Assembly (NCBI RefSeq): GCF_030684315.1
Contig: NC_081399.1
Span: forward strand, 9,534,113 to 9,598,112
Direction of reading: 5' to 3'
From: Stegostoma tigrinum
Lineage: Eukaryota
Length of the DNA: 64,000 bases
Position 1 is the first letter of the stretch. Each line of letters opens with the position of its first letter. The notes beneath the pieces are model-generated. The model searched no databases. It was not told where the DNA came from and saw only the letters and a list, made by a program, of their open reading frames with translations. The translations under genes and the position numbers were made by a program. Positions 37,448 to 50,500 of this stretch are shown here, one piece after another.

Positions 37448-38022
37448 TCTGTCCCTGCCCTGGGAGTGTTTGATGGGACGGTGTAGAGGGAGCTTTACTC
37501 TGTACCTAACCCCGTGCTGCCCCTGTCGCTGGGAGGGTTTGATTGGGTGACAGTGTAGAGGGAGCTTTACTCTGTATCTAACCCTGTGCTGCCCCTGTCG
37601 CTGGGAGCGTTTGATGGGGGACAGTGTAGCGGAAGCTTTACTCTGTACCTAACCCCGTGCTGTCCCTGCATGTATTTGATGGTGGACAGTGTAGAAGGAG
37701 CTTTACTCTGTATCTAACCCCATGCTGTCCCTGCCCTGGGAGTGTTTGATGGGGGGACAGTGTAGAGGGAGCTTTACTCTGTATCTAACCCCGTGCTGCC
37801 CCTGTCGCTGGGAGTGTTTGATGGGGGGCAGTGTAGAGGGAGCTTTACTCTGTATCTAACCCTGTGCTGTCCCTGTCCCTGGGAGTGTTTGATGGGGGGG
37901 ACAGTGTAGAAGGAGCTTTACTCTGTATCTAACCCCGTGCTGCCCCTGTCGCTGGGAGGGTTTGATGGGGGACAGTGTAGAGAGAGCTTTACAGTGTACC
38001 TAACCCTGTGCTGTCCCTGTCG
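37448..38022 (+). repeat. ~71-bp minisatellite, ~8 units
   Basis: Same unit as 11145-11430. Confidence 0.92.
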
Positions 38023-38092
38023 GGGCTGCAGTAAGCCTGTGATGTTGATACCACTCTGTAATGTGGACCTCCCTCATTCTCTCCCCACGCAG

Positions 38093-38113
38093 AAAGAAGA
38101 AGGAATCTACACA
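38093..38113 (+). CDS. FCER1G: FcR gamma chain exon 4 (21-nt microexon, first ITAM tyrosine)
   Basis: cgcag|AAAGAAGAAGGAATCTACACA|gtaaga = KEEGIYT (human KSDGVYT). Confidence 0.93.
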
Positions 38114-38138
38114 GTAAGAGTTCTCACTTTGTCTCTGT

Positions 38139-38282
38139 NNNNNNNNNNNNNNNNNNNNNNNNNNNNNNNNNNNNNNNNNNNNNNNNNNNNNNNNNNNNNN
38201 NNNNNNNNNNNNNNNNNNNNNNNNNNNNNNNNNNNNNNNNNNNNNNNNNNNNNNNNNNNNNNNNNNNNNNNNNNNNNNNNNN
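38139..38282. other. Assembly gap
   Basis: Run of N. Confidence 0.99.
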
Positions 38283-38589
38283 ATTTCCCCTCTCTATATC
38301 GCTGTCTGTGTGTGCCGGACTGTATCTGTCTGCCTCCGTCAGTCTGTATTTCTCATGTCTGTCTGTCTGTCAACCTGTCACTTTGTGTCAGTCTTTCTCT
38401 CTGTGCGCCTGTCACTCTCCGTCTCTCTCTCTCTCTCTCTAACACTCACTCTAACCTCTCTCTCTCCCTCTCTCTCTGTAACACTCACTCTAACCTCCCT
38501 CCCTCTCTCTCTAACACTTACTCTAACCTCGCTCTCTCTCTCTCTAACACTCACTCTAACCTCTCTCTCTCCCTCCCTCTGTAACACTC

Positions 38590-38970
38590 NNNNNNNNNNN
38601 NNNNNNNNNNNNNNNNNNNNNNNNNNNNNNNNNNNNNNNNNNNNNNNNNNNNNNNNNNNNNNNNNNNNNNNNNNNNNNNNNNNNNNNNNNNNNNNNNNNN
38701 NNNNNNNNNNNNNNNNNNNNNNNNNNNNNNNNNNNNNNNNNNNNNNNNNNNNNNNNNNNNNNNNNNNNNNNNNNNNNNNNNNNNNNNNNNNNNNNNNNNN
38801 NNNNNNNNNNNNNNNNNNNNNNNNNNNNNNNNNNNNNNNNNNNNNNNNNNNNNNNNNNNNNNNNNNNNNNNNNNNNNNNNNNNNNNNNNNNNNNNNNNNN
38901 NNNNNNNNNNNNNNNNNNNNNNNNNNNNNNNNNNNNNNNNNNNNNNNNNNNNNNNNNNNNNNNNNNNNNN
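38590..38970. other. Assembly gap within a CT-rich (ctctctaacactcactctaac) repeat
   Basis: Run of N flanked on both sides by the same repeat. Confidence 0.98.
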
Positions 38971-39045
38971 CTTTCTCTCTGTCCCTCCCTCTCTCTCTAA
39001 CACTCACTCTAACCTTTCTCTCTCTCTTCCCCCTCCCCTACACAG

Positions 39046-39111
39046 GGTCTGCACGGCCAGCAGATGGAAACCTATGAGTCCCTGCAGCCTCAGAAGTTTC
39101 AGAAGTCGTAG
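39046..39111 (+). CDS. FCER1G: FcR gamma chain exon 5 (ITAM completion and stop)
   Basis: cacag|GGT...TAG = GLHGQQMETYESLQPQKFQKS*; yields YTGL-x7-YESL. Confidence 0.95.
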   Translation, partial: GLHGQQMETYESLQPQKFQKS

Positions 39112-39580
39112 GGAGTCCCCTGGCCCCCCACCCTCCCGGGGCGATCGCGGAGCGGACTCTCAGGGGGCTCCCGCCGAATTGGCCAAACGTATTAATGCCA
39201 AGGCTACAGTTTCCTACACATTCCCTCAACCCAGCTTTTCAGTTTATGACGTTTCCACAGCTGCTGCAACATTTCCTTCAGCGATTGAGGCCTCGGCCTC
39301 CACAGGAACAGGCCATTCAGCCCCTCCTTCTCCAGCCTGGCCCACAGGGACAGAATCTCCTCAATGTCTGCCTTGAATAATTTGTACTGAAATGCCTTTC
39401 AACACGCTTTTGTGTGCCTTGTGTATGGGGTCGGTGGAGTTGGGGGTGCGGGGAGGTAAGGGGGAAGAGGTGTGTGGAAGCGCGGATGGTGAGGCTCACC
39501 CAGTCAAACAGCTCGGTGCTCCACAGGCTCTCTGTCTCCCTCGTTTCCTTCCCAAACGGACCCTGGGCTCTTCCTTTCGC

Positions 39581-39586
39581 AATAAA
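39581..39586 (+). terminator. Probable FCER1G polyadenylation signal
   Basis: First AATAAA after the stop (~470 nt), followed by GT-rich sequence. Confidence 0.6.
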
Positions 39587-40096
39587 CTCGACTCGAGGTG
39601 CACCAGCGTCGGCGAGTGTTCTGTCGGGATGGGCTCCTGTGCGCGGCTACAGCCCCCTCACCTCCCGGGCCTTCATGTTGCACACGAGTCCCAGGGTTTG
39701 AGGCCAAGCCCAGAAGGAGAAGCCAGGGCACAGCCATCCATCACACAGGCGGGTGAACTGGGAACAGGAGTAGGCCAGTCGGCCCCTCAAGCCTGCCCTT
39801 ACCCCATGACTCCCATCACAGGCCAAAGCTCCGCAGCGGTCTCTGCCCTTTCGAGCCCCCACAGGACCGTAGACATGTGTTAACCGGGGGCTCTTTCGTT
39901 CTTTTCAGACACTGCACAGTTACCGGCCACGCTGTGTGGGAGCTGAAAGGGTTAATTCCGCTGCAATGATTCGGGGGGGGGAGTGGGTGTGGGGGGCAGC
40001 GAGTGTAGGGCACAGGTATCGCCCTCAGACACTGGTCACTGGTCACTTTCAAAAATAGCTTCAGCGACAAACACAAGATCAACAGGACCCTTCCAG

Positions 40097-41620
40097 ACAC
40101 CCACACACACCCGCTCACAGACCACCCCCTACCCCCCTCCCCCACACACACCCGCTCACAGACCACCCCCTACCCCCCTCCCCCACACACACCCGCTCAC
40201 AGACCACCCCCCACCCCCCTCCCCCACACACACCCGCTCACAGACCACCCCCTACCCCCCTCCCCCACACACACCCGCTCACAGACCACCCCCTACCCCC
40301 CTCCCCCACACACACCCGCTCACAGACCACCCCCTACCCCCCTCCCCCACACACACCCGCTCACAGACCACCCCCCACCCCCCTCCCCCACACACACCCG
40401 CTCACAGACCACCCCCTACCCTCCTCCCCCACACACACCCGCTCACAGACCACCCCCTACCCCCCTCCCCAACACACACCCGCTCACAGACCCCCCCCTA
40501 CCCCCCTCTCCCACACACACCCGCTCACAGACCACCCCCTACCCCCCTCCCCCACACACACACCCGCTCACAGACCACCCCCTACCCCCCTCCCCCACAC
40601 ACACCCGCTCACAGACCACCCCCTACCCCCCTCCCCCACACACACCCGCTCACAGACCACCCCCTACCCCCCTCTCCCACACACACCCGCTCACAGACCA
40701 CCCCCTACCCCCCTCCCCCACACACACACCCGCTCACAGACCACCCCCTACCCCCCTCCCCCACACACACCCGCTCACAGACCACCCCCTACCCCCCTCC
40801 CCCACACACACCCGCTCACAGACCACCCCCTACCCCCCTCTCCCACACACACCCGCTCACAGACCACCCCCTACCCCCCTCCCCCACACACACCCGCTCA
40901 CAGACCACCCCCTACCCCCCTCCCCCACACACACCCGCTCACAGACCACCCCCTACCCCCCTCCCCCACACACACCCGCTCACAGACCACCCCCTACCCC
41001 CCTCTCCCACACACACCCGCTCACAGACCACCCCCTACCCCCCCTCCCCCACACACACCCGCTCACAGACCACCCCCTACCCCCCCTCTCCCACACACAC
41101 CCGCTCACAGACTACCCCCCTCCCCCACACACACCCGCTCACAGACCACCCCCTACCCCCCTCCCCCACACACACCCGCTCACAGACCTCCCCCTACCCC
41201 CCTCCCCAACACACACCCGCTCACAGACCTCCCCCTACCCCCCTCTCCCACACACACACCCACTCACAGACCTCCCCCTACCCCCCTCTCCCACACACAC
41301 CCGCTCACAGACCTCCCCCTACCCCCTCTCACACACACCCCCTCTCACACACACCCACTCACAGACCTCCCCCTACCCCCATCTCTCATACTCACACGCT
41401 CACAGACCTCCCCCTACCCCCCTCCCACACACACCCACTCACAGACCTCCCCCTACCCCCCTCCCACACACACCCACTCACAGACCTCCCCCCACCCCCC
41501 TCCCACACACACCCACTCACAGACCTCCCCCCACCCCCTCTCCCACACACACCCACGCACAGGCCTCCCCCTACCCCTCACTCCCACACACCCACACCCA
41601 CTCACAGACCTCCCCCACCA

Positions 41621-41660
<40 letters not shown>

Positions 41661-41946
41661 CCTCCCCCTACCCCTCTATCCCACACACACACTCACACAT
41701 ACACAGACCTCCCTCACCCCTCTATCCCACACGCAACACTCACACATACACAGACCTCCCCCACCCCTCTATCCCACACACACACTCACACATACACAGA
41801 CCTCCCCCACCCCTCTCTCCCACACACACACTCACACATACACAGACCTCCCCCACCCCTCTCTCCCACACGCACACACACACACGCACACACACACACA
41901 CGCACACGCACACGCACACACAGACACACAGACACACACACACACA
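40097..41946 (+). repeat. 41-bp C-rich minisatellite decaying into (CA)n
   Basis: Unit cacacacacccgctcacagaccaccccctacccccctcccc. Confidence 0.95.
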
Positions 41947-41989
41947 GATTAAATCACTCCTTAACCTTCTTAATTCTAGAGAATAAAGG

Positions 41990-42695
41990 CCCAGTTATCT
42001 AATTTAACCGCTGAAGTTCAGGTAATATCCTTGTAAACCTGTGTTGAACACCTTCCACGCCCATTGTATCCTTCCCAAGGTGTGGTGCCCAGTTCCGCTC
42101 ACAGTACTTAGTGAGATCCAGCTAGAGTTTTGTATAATTGCAAAATAACTTCTGCATCCCTATACCCCAGCCCTTTAGACGTGAAGGCCGGCATTCCATT
42201 AGCCTCCTTTACAACATTCTGTGCCTATTTGTGGTACTTTAAAGAGCAGTGCATCTGAACGCTCACAAATCCAGTTGGATATCCACAATATTTAACTTTG
42301 TGCCTTCTAAGAAATACCCTGATCTATCCTTTTCTCAGAGTTGCTTATATTAAAATCCATCTGCCGCAGCTTTACCCATTCACCTCATCTATCAATTTCC
42401 TGTTGTAATGTTTTGCTGTTGCCAGCGCAGTCTATTTCGTGTTGTCGGCAAGTTTGGATATTTGCCTTTTTATGTCTTTATCCAAGTCGTTAATGGGTAC
42501 TGTGAATTAATTGAGGCCCCAATACAGATTCTTGTGGACATCACTAGCCAGTTTGAGGACCTACCCATTAATCCAACTCTGTTTCCTGCCACTGAACCGA
42601 TTTCCTATCCAAGTCAGTGATTCACCTTCAGTTTCGTGGGTTTCCACCTGAGCTAGCACCCTCTTGTGTGAGGCTTTATCGAAAGCCCTGACGCA
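41990..42695 (-). mobile_element. Old CR1 LINE fragment
   Basis: Degenerate KFADD-, LEYCxQ- and KAFDK-like motifs on the minus strand. Confidence 0.65.
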
Positions 42696-43531
42696 TACCA
42701 TGAAGAGGAGGAGCTGGGAGGGTTCTCGGCCATTGGCCCTGAAGTTACGGGATGGGGTTGGAACTGATGGCCAGGCTTTACGAGCAAGTCCCTGGTCCCA
42801 GTTATCAGCACCTCACTCCCGGAGCTACAGATCTGCTGCCTGACGACCAGCTGCAAAAGAGTCGGGCCTACAGCCAATGCTGTGCCTTTCGAGCCTCACA
42901 GTGTGAGCCTGAATCCCAAATTACAGCCAGGGCTTCCTTTTATGGCCTAATCCTGAAGGAGAGCAGCTCGTGACTGCCTGTTCAATCTGGAGTCAGAGGG
43001 TGTGCCCGGGAAATGGAGGCCCAGGACCTGCAACTCCAGGGGCCTAAACTGCAATTAGCAAAACACAAACAATTACGGTCCCCCAGGCTTTGCGGCCTAC
43101 CAGAGGAGGCAGCCTGCCAGGTTTGAGGCCTAAAGGTGGAGGCGACGCTCCAGAACGTGCAACTTCATCTGGGCCTAGATCCTCAGGGCCAGCAGCTCAA
43201 CTCTGCAGGCCCAGGGCGCGTTCGCGACCTGACGGCAGCAGGCCAGCCTGGTGTGGAGGCCTCAGGAACATCTCAAATGTAGGCATGAAGCAAGGCAGCA
43301 ATAGAAGAAGTTGATGTACATGATGTTCAGCAAAGAAAGAATATTTTATGGAAAAAAGAATCTGCAGGCGACAGGGAAGTAAAAATAAACCCACATTCTC
43401 TACAAAGTACTTCATCTCTTATCACTGGCCTTTGAGGCTGAGCCAACAGGGAGATGATCTCAGGTTAACACACACAGAGTGCACGAACCTGCTTACAGTC
43501 AACTGATAGAGAGGGAACCTCCTTTCCAAGC

Positions 43532-44030
43532 ATCAAACACCCCCAGGACAGGGACAGCATGGGGTTAGATACAGAGTAAAGCTCCCGCTACACTGTCCCC
43601 CATCAAACACCCCCAGGACAGGGACAGCACGGGGTTAGATACAGAGTAAAGCTCCCTCTACACTCTCCCCCATCAAACGCTCCCAGCGACAGGGACAGCA
43701 CGGGGCTAAATACAGAGTAAAGCTTCCTCTACACTGTCCCCCTCCCCTCCGTCAAACACCTCCAGGGACAGGGACAGCACGGGGTTAAATACAGAGTAAA
43801 GCTCCTTCTACACTGTCCCCACCCATCAAACACCCCCAGGACAAGGACAGCACAGGGTCAAATACAGAGTAAAGGTCCCTCTACACTGTCCCATCAAACA
43901 CTCCCAGGGACAGGGACAGCACCGGGTTAGATACAGGGTAAAGCTCCCTCTACACTGTCCCCCCCCGCCCCGGATCAAACACACCCAGGGACAGGGACAG
44001 CACGGGGTTAGATACAGGGTAAAGCTCCCC
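43532..44030 (-). repeat. ~71-bp minisatellite, ~7 units, inverted
   Basis: Reverse complement of the unit at 37448-38022. Confidence 0.92.
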
Positions 44031-44204
44031 CTGATAGATGTTCTGTTGCTGATTGCAGTTCCCATGAAGCCAGTTGCAGTAACCGATAGCCTCCCCTTTT
44101 AAAGGGGAATCGTTTCGCTGTCGCCACAGTGTGCCTCCTCTTGTTTAATGCTTATCCGTTCCCAGCATTCCTTTCGCCTGCCCCATCGCTTGCCCAGCTG
44201 TCAC

Positions 44205-44640
44205 GTGAAGTGGGATGTTTGTGGATGAGGTGCCCATTGAGCGGGGGGCTGCTTTGTCCTGGATGGTGTCGACCTCCTTGAGTGTTTTTGGAGCTGCCTC
44301 CATCCAGGGGCAAGTGGGGTGTATCCCATCCCACTCCTGCCTTGTGCCGTGTAGATGGTGGGACAGGATTTGGGGGGAGACAGGGCGGGAGTTACTCGCT
44401 GCAGGATTCCCAGCCTCTGACCTGCCCTTGTAGCCGCTGTGTTCATGTGGTGGGTCCAGTGGAGTTTCTGGTCAATGGTAACCTCCAGGATGTTGACGGT
44501 GGGGGGATTTGGTGATGGTAACGCCATTGAATGTCAAGGGGCAGTGGTTAGATTGTCTCTTATTGGTGATGGGCACAGCCTGGCATTTGAGTGGCACTTG
44601 TCAGCCCAAACCTGGATATTACCCAGACCTTGTTGCATTT
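44205..44640 (-). mobile_element. CR1-group LINE family B fragment
   Basis: VNILEVTIDQKLHW..H, TIYTAQGRSGM. Confidence 0.85.
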
Positions 44641-44689
44641 GTACACAGTGCTCCAGATGGAGTCTCCCCAGTGTCCTCTATAACTGAAG

Positions 44690-45610
44690 TATGACCTCTC
44701 TATTCTTGTATTTAATCCCCCTCGTGATAAACAACAGTATTCCGTTAGCTTTACTGATCACTTGCTGTAACTGCATACTAACTTTTTGCAATCTATATTT
44801 GGGTCCATCACCCCCACCTCCTGACCCAGACCTCTCTGTATCTCTGAGCTCTGGAGCCTCTCACTAGTTAGATAATATGCTTGTTTTGTTTTAATCCTCT
44901 CTGCTAATTTCCCACTTTCCCATATTGTACTGCATTTGTCAGATCATTGCCCACTCACCGAACCCATCTCTGTCCATTTCAAGATTCCCTACGACCCCTT
45001 CACAGCTCACTTTCCCACCACGCTTTGTGTCGTCGGCAAATTTCACTTTCGTCATACCGTACGTCCAAATAATGATGTAAATTGTACAGAGTTGATGTTC
45101 CCAGCTTTGGACCCTGCCTACCTGAAAAAGCCCCACTCATCCCTACTCTCTGTTTTCTGTTGGCCAACCAATCCTCCATCAATGCCAGTCTGCTACCTGC
45201 ACGATGAGCTTTTATTCTCTGCAATAATACTTGATGTGACACCTTATCAAATGCCTTCTGGAAATCTAAATACAGTATGTACCCTGGTCCCTTTTTATCT
45301 ATAGTAGTATTTAATTCTTCAAATAATTCCAACAAATTAGTTGAACATTATTTCCCTTTCGCAAATCTATTGCCTGCTCACTAAGTATTTTGTTCTAATG
45401 TTTTTAAAAATAGATGTTACACTAATTGGCCTGTCCTTTCCTGCTCCCTGCCTCCCTCCTTTATAGAATAAAGGGATTGTGTTATTTTCCAATCTACAGG
45501 AACCTTCTCCGAATCTGATGTGGAAAATTAAAACCAACACATCAACTATTTCATGAGCTCCTTAATTTAGAACCCAAAGTAGACTTTCATCAGGACCTGG
45601 GGGTCATGTT
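44690..45610 (-). mobile_element. Old CR1 RT fragment
   Basis: LYLDFQKAFDKVSH, WLANRKQRV, KFADDTK. Confidence 0.88.
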
Positions 45611-45734
45611 AACACACAATCCCAGTCATTTACTTGATACGCATTCTGGTACTCCTGATAATTGTAATTTTCTTGACTTCTTGTCTCCCTTTCAATTCCA
45701 GATTACAGCTAGTTTTGGGATGTTACTGATATCA

Positions 45735-46332
45735 TAGTCATAGAGTCACAGAGATATACAACACAGAATCAGAACCTTTGGTAAAATTCACCCACGCTGA
45801 CCAGAAATCCTAAATTAATTTACTCCCATTTGCCAGTAATTAGCACCTACCCTTCCAGTTCATGGACCCATCCAGAATTTGGATACAAAATTGGTTCGAA
45901 AGTAAAGGACAGAGGGTGGTGGGGGAGGGTTGCTTTTCAGACTAGAGGCCTGTGACCAGCTGGGTCCACTGCTTTCTGTCATTTATGTAAATGATCTGGA
46001 TGGGAAGATAGGAGGGATGGTTAGTAATTTGCAGATGGCAGTGAGATTGGTGTTATAGTGGGCAGCGAAGAAGGTTACCCTCAGAGTACAACAGGACCTC
46101 GATCAGATGGGCCAATGGGCCGAGGGGTGGCAGATGGAGATTAATTTAGATAAATGTAAGGGACTTTAGGGAAGGACTTATACACTTAATGGGAAGGTCC
46201 TGGGGAGTGTTACTGAACAAAGAGACCTTGTGGGGGCAGGTACATAGCTCCCTGAGAGTGGAGTCGCAGGTAGACAGGGCGGTGAGGGAGGTGTTTGGGT
46301 CACTGGCCTTTATTGGTCAGTGCATTGAGTAA
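45735..46332. mobile_element. CR1 3' UTR (minus) joined to a CR1 RT fragment (plus)
   Basis: (catagt/agagt) tail at 45732-45750; plus-strand RVVGEGCFSD, YVNDLD, QQDLDQMGQWAE. Confidence 0.8.
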
Positions 46333-47516
46333 ATATCTGAAGAAATTTTCCCATCTGATTTCATATTCTTTTGGCTAACACACGCGCTATTGTTTTCTTT
46401 CTAATTAATCTTTAGGAATTTCTTTGCAGTTTTGTTTCAATTCTGTCCAATATTCTGAACTATCACTGAAATTTGCAGAATGATACGCCTTTCCTTTGAG
46501 GTTGAGACTATCTTTGACGTTTTTGTTAAGCGCAGGTGAAGGATCCATCATTTGTTTTTCACATTTGTAAGAGTGCATCTGCCCAGTCGTTCCAGGAATA
46601 TACATCTCGAAATGCACTCAAATAAGAGCTGTGGATGCTGGAGGTCTCAAACAGAAGCAAGAATTGCTGGAGAGACTCAACAGGTCGGGCAGCATCTGTG
46701 GAGAGAAAGCAGAGTTAAGGTCTCCAAACTGGCGACACTCATCAGAGCTGTTAGACACTCAGATGAATTTATGCTGAAGTTGGAGGATGGTGAGGAGTGT
46801 GGTTGGGAAGGGGTTAGCAGATTAGTGAAGATGGACCCAAGACAGAGAAAGAGAGAGAGACAAAAGGGATAGATAAAGAACGAGATAATACATACAGGGA
46901 GGTGACAGAATTAAAGTTTACTAAGTGATAATAAGGGTAAATAGTGCGAAAATGGAGTAGCTGTGCTGAATGAAATCCATCAGGACTTGGAGTATGTGCC
47001 AATGAAATGAAGAGCAGAAGAAATAGGAGCGGGAGGAGGGTGCCTGGCTTCTCGAGACTGCCCTACCATTTGCAGTTTTCGACTCTGCATTCTGTCTTCC
47101 CAAACGTCCAGGAGACCACTTTGCGAGCAGAAAATAGAGTAGACCGGGTCGGCGCTGAGGGAGCACCGCACTGTCGGCTGATTCCATGTCTATACTTTAA
47201 TGATGCACGATTCTTAAAGCTCCACTTTTTCAGTGTCTGAGCCCTCATTGGACTGTTTTCAAGATGTAAAAAGCAACCAAAGGTTGGGTTATGACCTTGT
47301 GGCGCACATTTTGAAATTGTTGGGTGGAATGTGATAACTTAAACAAACAATGATTTGTTTGTCATCACATGGAATTTTTCCTCTGCAAACAGGTCAGACC
47401 CGTTATGCTGGGAATAACATACAGAACCACAGAGATGGGCCATCAGCCAAAGCTCATGATTAACTTCTCTCATCAGACATTGGGTTTCACACGGGGTGAG
47501 ATACAGTCAGTCTCCG

Positions 47517-50500
47517 CAGTGCTGTCCCTCCGACAGTGCCCACTCCATCAGCATTGTCCCTCCGACAGTGCCCACTCCATCAGCACTGTCCCTCCGACAA
47601 TGCCCGCTCCCTCAGCATTGTCCCTCCGACAGTGCCCACTCCATCAGCACTGACCCTCCGACAGTGCCTGCTCCCTCAGCACTGACCCTCCGACAGTGCC
47701 CACTCCCTCAGCACTGACGCTCCGACAGTGCCCACTCCATCAGCACTGACCCTCAGACAGTGCCCGCTCCCTCAGCACTGACCCTCTGACAGTGCCCGCT
47801 CCCTCAGTACTGACCCTCCGACAGTGCCCGCTCCCTCAGAACTGACCCTCCGACAGTGCCCGCTCTCTCAGCACTGACCCTCCGACAATGCCCGCTCCCT
47901 CAGCACTGACCCTCCGACAGTGTCCACTCCCTCAGCACAGACCCTCTGACAGTGCCCATTCCCTCAGCACTGACGCTCGACAGTGCCCACTCCATCAGCA
48001 CTGACCCTCCAACAGTGCGGCACTCCCTCAGCACTGACACTCCGACAGTGCCCACTCCCTCAGCACTGACACTCCAACAGTGCCCACTCCCTCAGCACAG
48101 ATCCTCCGACAGTGCCCATTCCCTCAGCACTGACACTCCGACAGTGCCCACTCCCTTAGCACTGACGCTCCGACAGTGCCCACTCCATCAGCACTGACAC
48201 TCGGACAGTGCCCGCTCTCTCAGCACTGACCCTCCAACAGTGCCCGCTCCCTCAGCACTGACCCTCCGACAGTGCCCGCTCCCTCAGCACTGACCCTCCG
48301 ACAGTGCCCACTCCATAAGCATTGTCCCTCCGACAGTGCCCACTCCCTCAGTACTGACCCTCCGACAATGCCCACTCCATCAGTACTGACCCTCCGACAA
48401 TGCCCACTCCATCAGCACTGACCCTGCAACAGTGCCCACTCCCTCAGCATTGACCCTCCAACAGTGCCCACTCCCTCAGCACAGACCCTCCGACAGTGCC
48501 CACTCCCTCAGCATTGACGCTCCAACAGTGCCGACTCCATCAACACTGACCCTCCAACAGTGCGGCATTCCCTCAGCACTGACACACCGACAGTGACCAC
48601 TCCCTCAGCACAGACCCTCCAACAGTGCCCACTCCCTCAGCACTGACACTCCGACAGTGCCCACTCCATCAGCACTGACCCGCCGACAGTGCCTGCTCCC
48701 TCAGCACTGACCCACCGACAGTGCCCGCTCCCTCAGTACTGACCCTCCGACAGTGCCCGCTCCCTCAGCACTGACCCTCCGACAATGCCCGCTCCCTCAG
48801 CACTGACCCTCCGACAATGCCCACTCCCTCAGCACTGACCCTCCGACAGTGCCCGCTCCCTCAGCACTGACCCTCCGACAGTGCCCGCTCCGTCAGCACT
48901 GACCCTCCGACAGTGCTCACTCCCTCAGCACTGACCCTCTGACAGTGCCACGCTGCCTCAGCACAGACCCTCTGACAGTGCCCATTCCCTCAGCACTGAC
49001 ACTCCGACAGTGCCCACTCCCTCAGCACAGACCCTCTGACAGTGCCCACTGCCTCAGCACTGACGCTCCGACAGTGCCCACTCCATCAGCACTGACCCTC
49101 CAACAGTGCGGCACTCCCTCAGCACTGACACTCCGACAGTGCCCACTCCCTCAGCACTGATCCTCCAACAGTGCCCACTCCCTCAGCACAGACCCTCCAA
49201 CAGTGCCCACTCCCTCAGCACTGACACTCCGACAGTGCCCACTCCCTCAGCACTGACCCTCCGACAGTGCCCACTCCCTCAGCACTGACGCTCCGACAGT
49301 GCCCACTCCCTCAGCACAGACCCTCTGACAGTGCCCATTCCCTCAGCACTGACACTCCGACAGTGCCCACTCCCTCAGCACAGACCCTCTGACAGTGCCC
49401 ATTCCCTCAGCACCGACACTCCGACAGTGCCCGCTCCCTCAGCACTGACCCTCCGACAATGCCCGCTCCCTCAGCACTGACCCTCCGACAATGCCCGCTC
49501 CCTCAGCACTGACCCTCCGACAGTGCCCACTCCCTCAGCACTGACCCTCCGACAGTGCCCGCTCCGTCAGCACTGACCCTCCGACAGTGCTCACTCCCTC
49601 AGCACTGACCCTCTGACAGTGCCACGCTGCCTCAGCACAGACCCTCTGACAGTGCCCATTCCCTCAGCACTGACACTCCGACAGTGCCCACTCCCTCAGC
49701 ACAGACCCTCTGACAGTGCCCACTGCCTCAGCACTGACGCTCCGACAGTGCCCACTCCATCAGCACTGACCCTCCAACAGTGCGGCACTCCCTCAGCACT
49801 GACCCTCCGACAGTGCCCACTCCCTCAGCACTGACCCTCCGACAGTGCCCGCTCCGTCAGCACTGACCCTCCGACAGTGCCCACTCCCTCAGCACAGACC
49901 CTCCAACAGTGCCCACTCCCTCAGCACTGACACTCCGACAGTGCCCACTCCCTCAGCACTGACCCTCCGACAGTGCCCACTCCCTCAGCACTGACGCTCC
50001 GACAGTGCCCACTCCCTCAGCACAGACCCTCTGACAGTGCCCATTCCCTCAGCACTGACACTCCGACAGTGCCCACTCCCTCAGCACAGACCCTCTGACA
50101 GTGCCCATTCCCTCAGCACTGACACTCCGACAGTGCCCACTCCCTCAGCACTGACGCTCCGACAGTGCCCACTCCATCAGCACTGACCCTCCAACAGTGC
50201 CCACTCCCTCAGCACTGACGCTCCACGCTCCAACAGTGCCCGCTCACTTAGCACTGACACTCCGACAGTGCCCACTCCCTCAGCACTGACGCTCCGACAG
50301 CGCGGCGATCCCTCAGCACTGACCGTCCGACAGTGCCCAGTCCCTCAGCACTGACCCTCCGACAGTGCCCGCTCCCTCAGCACTGACCCTCCGACAGTGC
50401 CTGCTCCCTCAGTACTGACCCTCCGACAGTGCCCGCTCCTTCAGCACTGACCCTCCAACAGTGCGACGCTCCCTCAGCACTGAACCTCCGACAGTGCCCA

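Noticed and set aside
39983-41986. 667-aa Pro/His/Thr-rich ORF
   Set aside because: Translation of the 41-bp minisatellite; no ATG start
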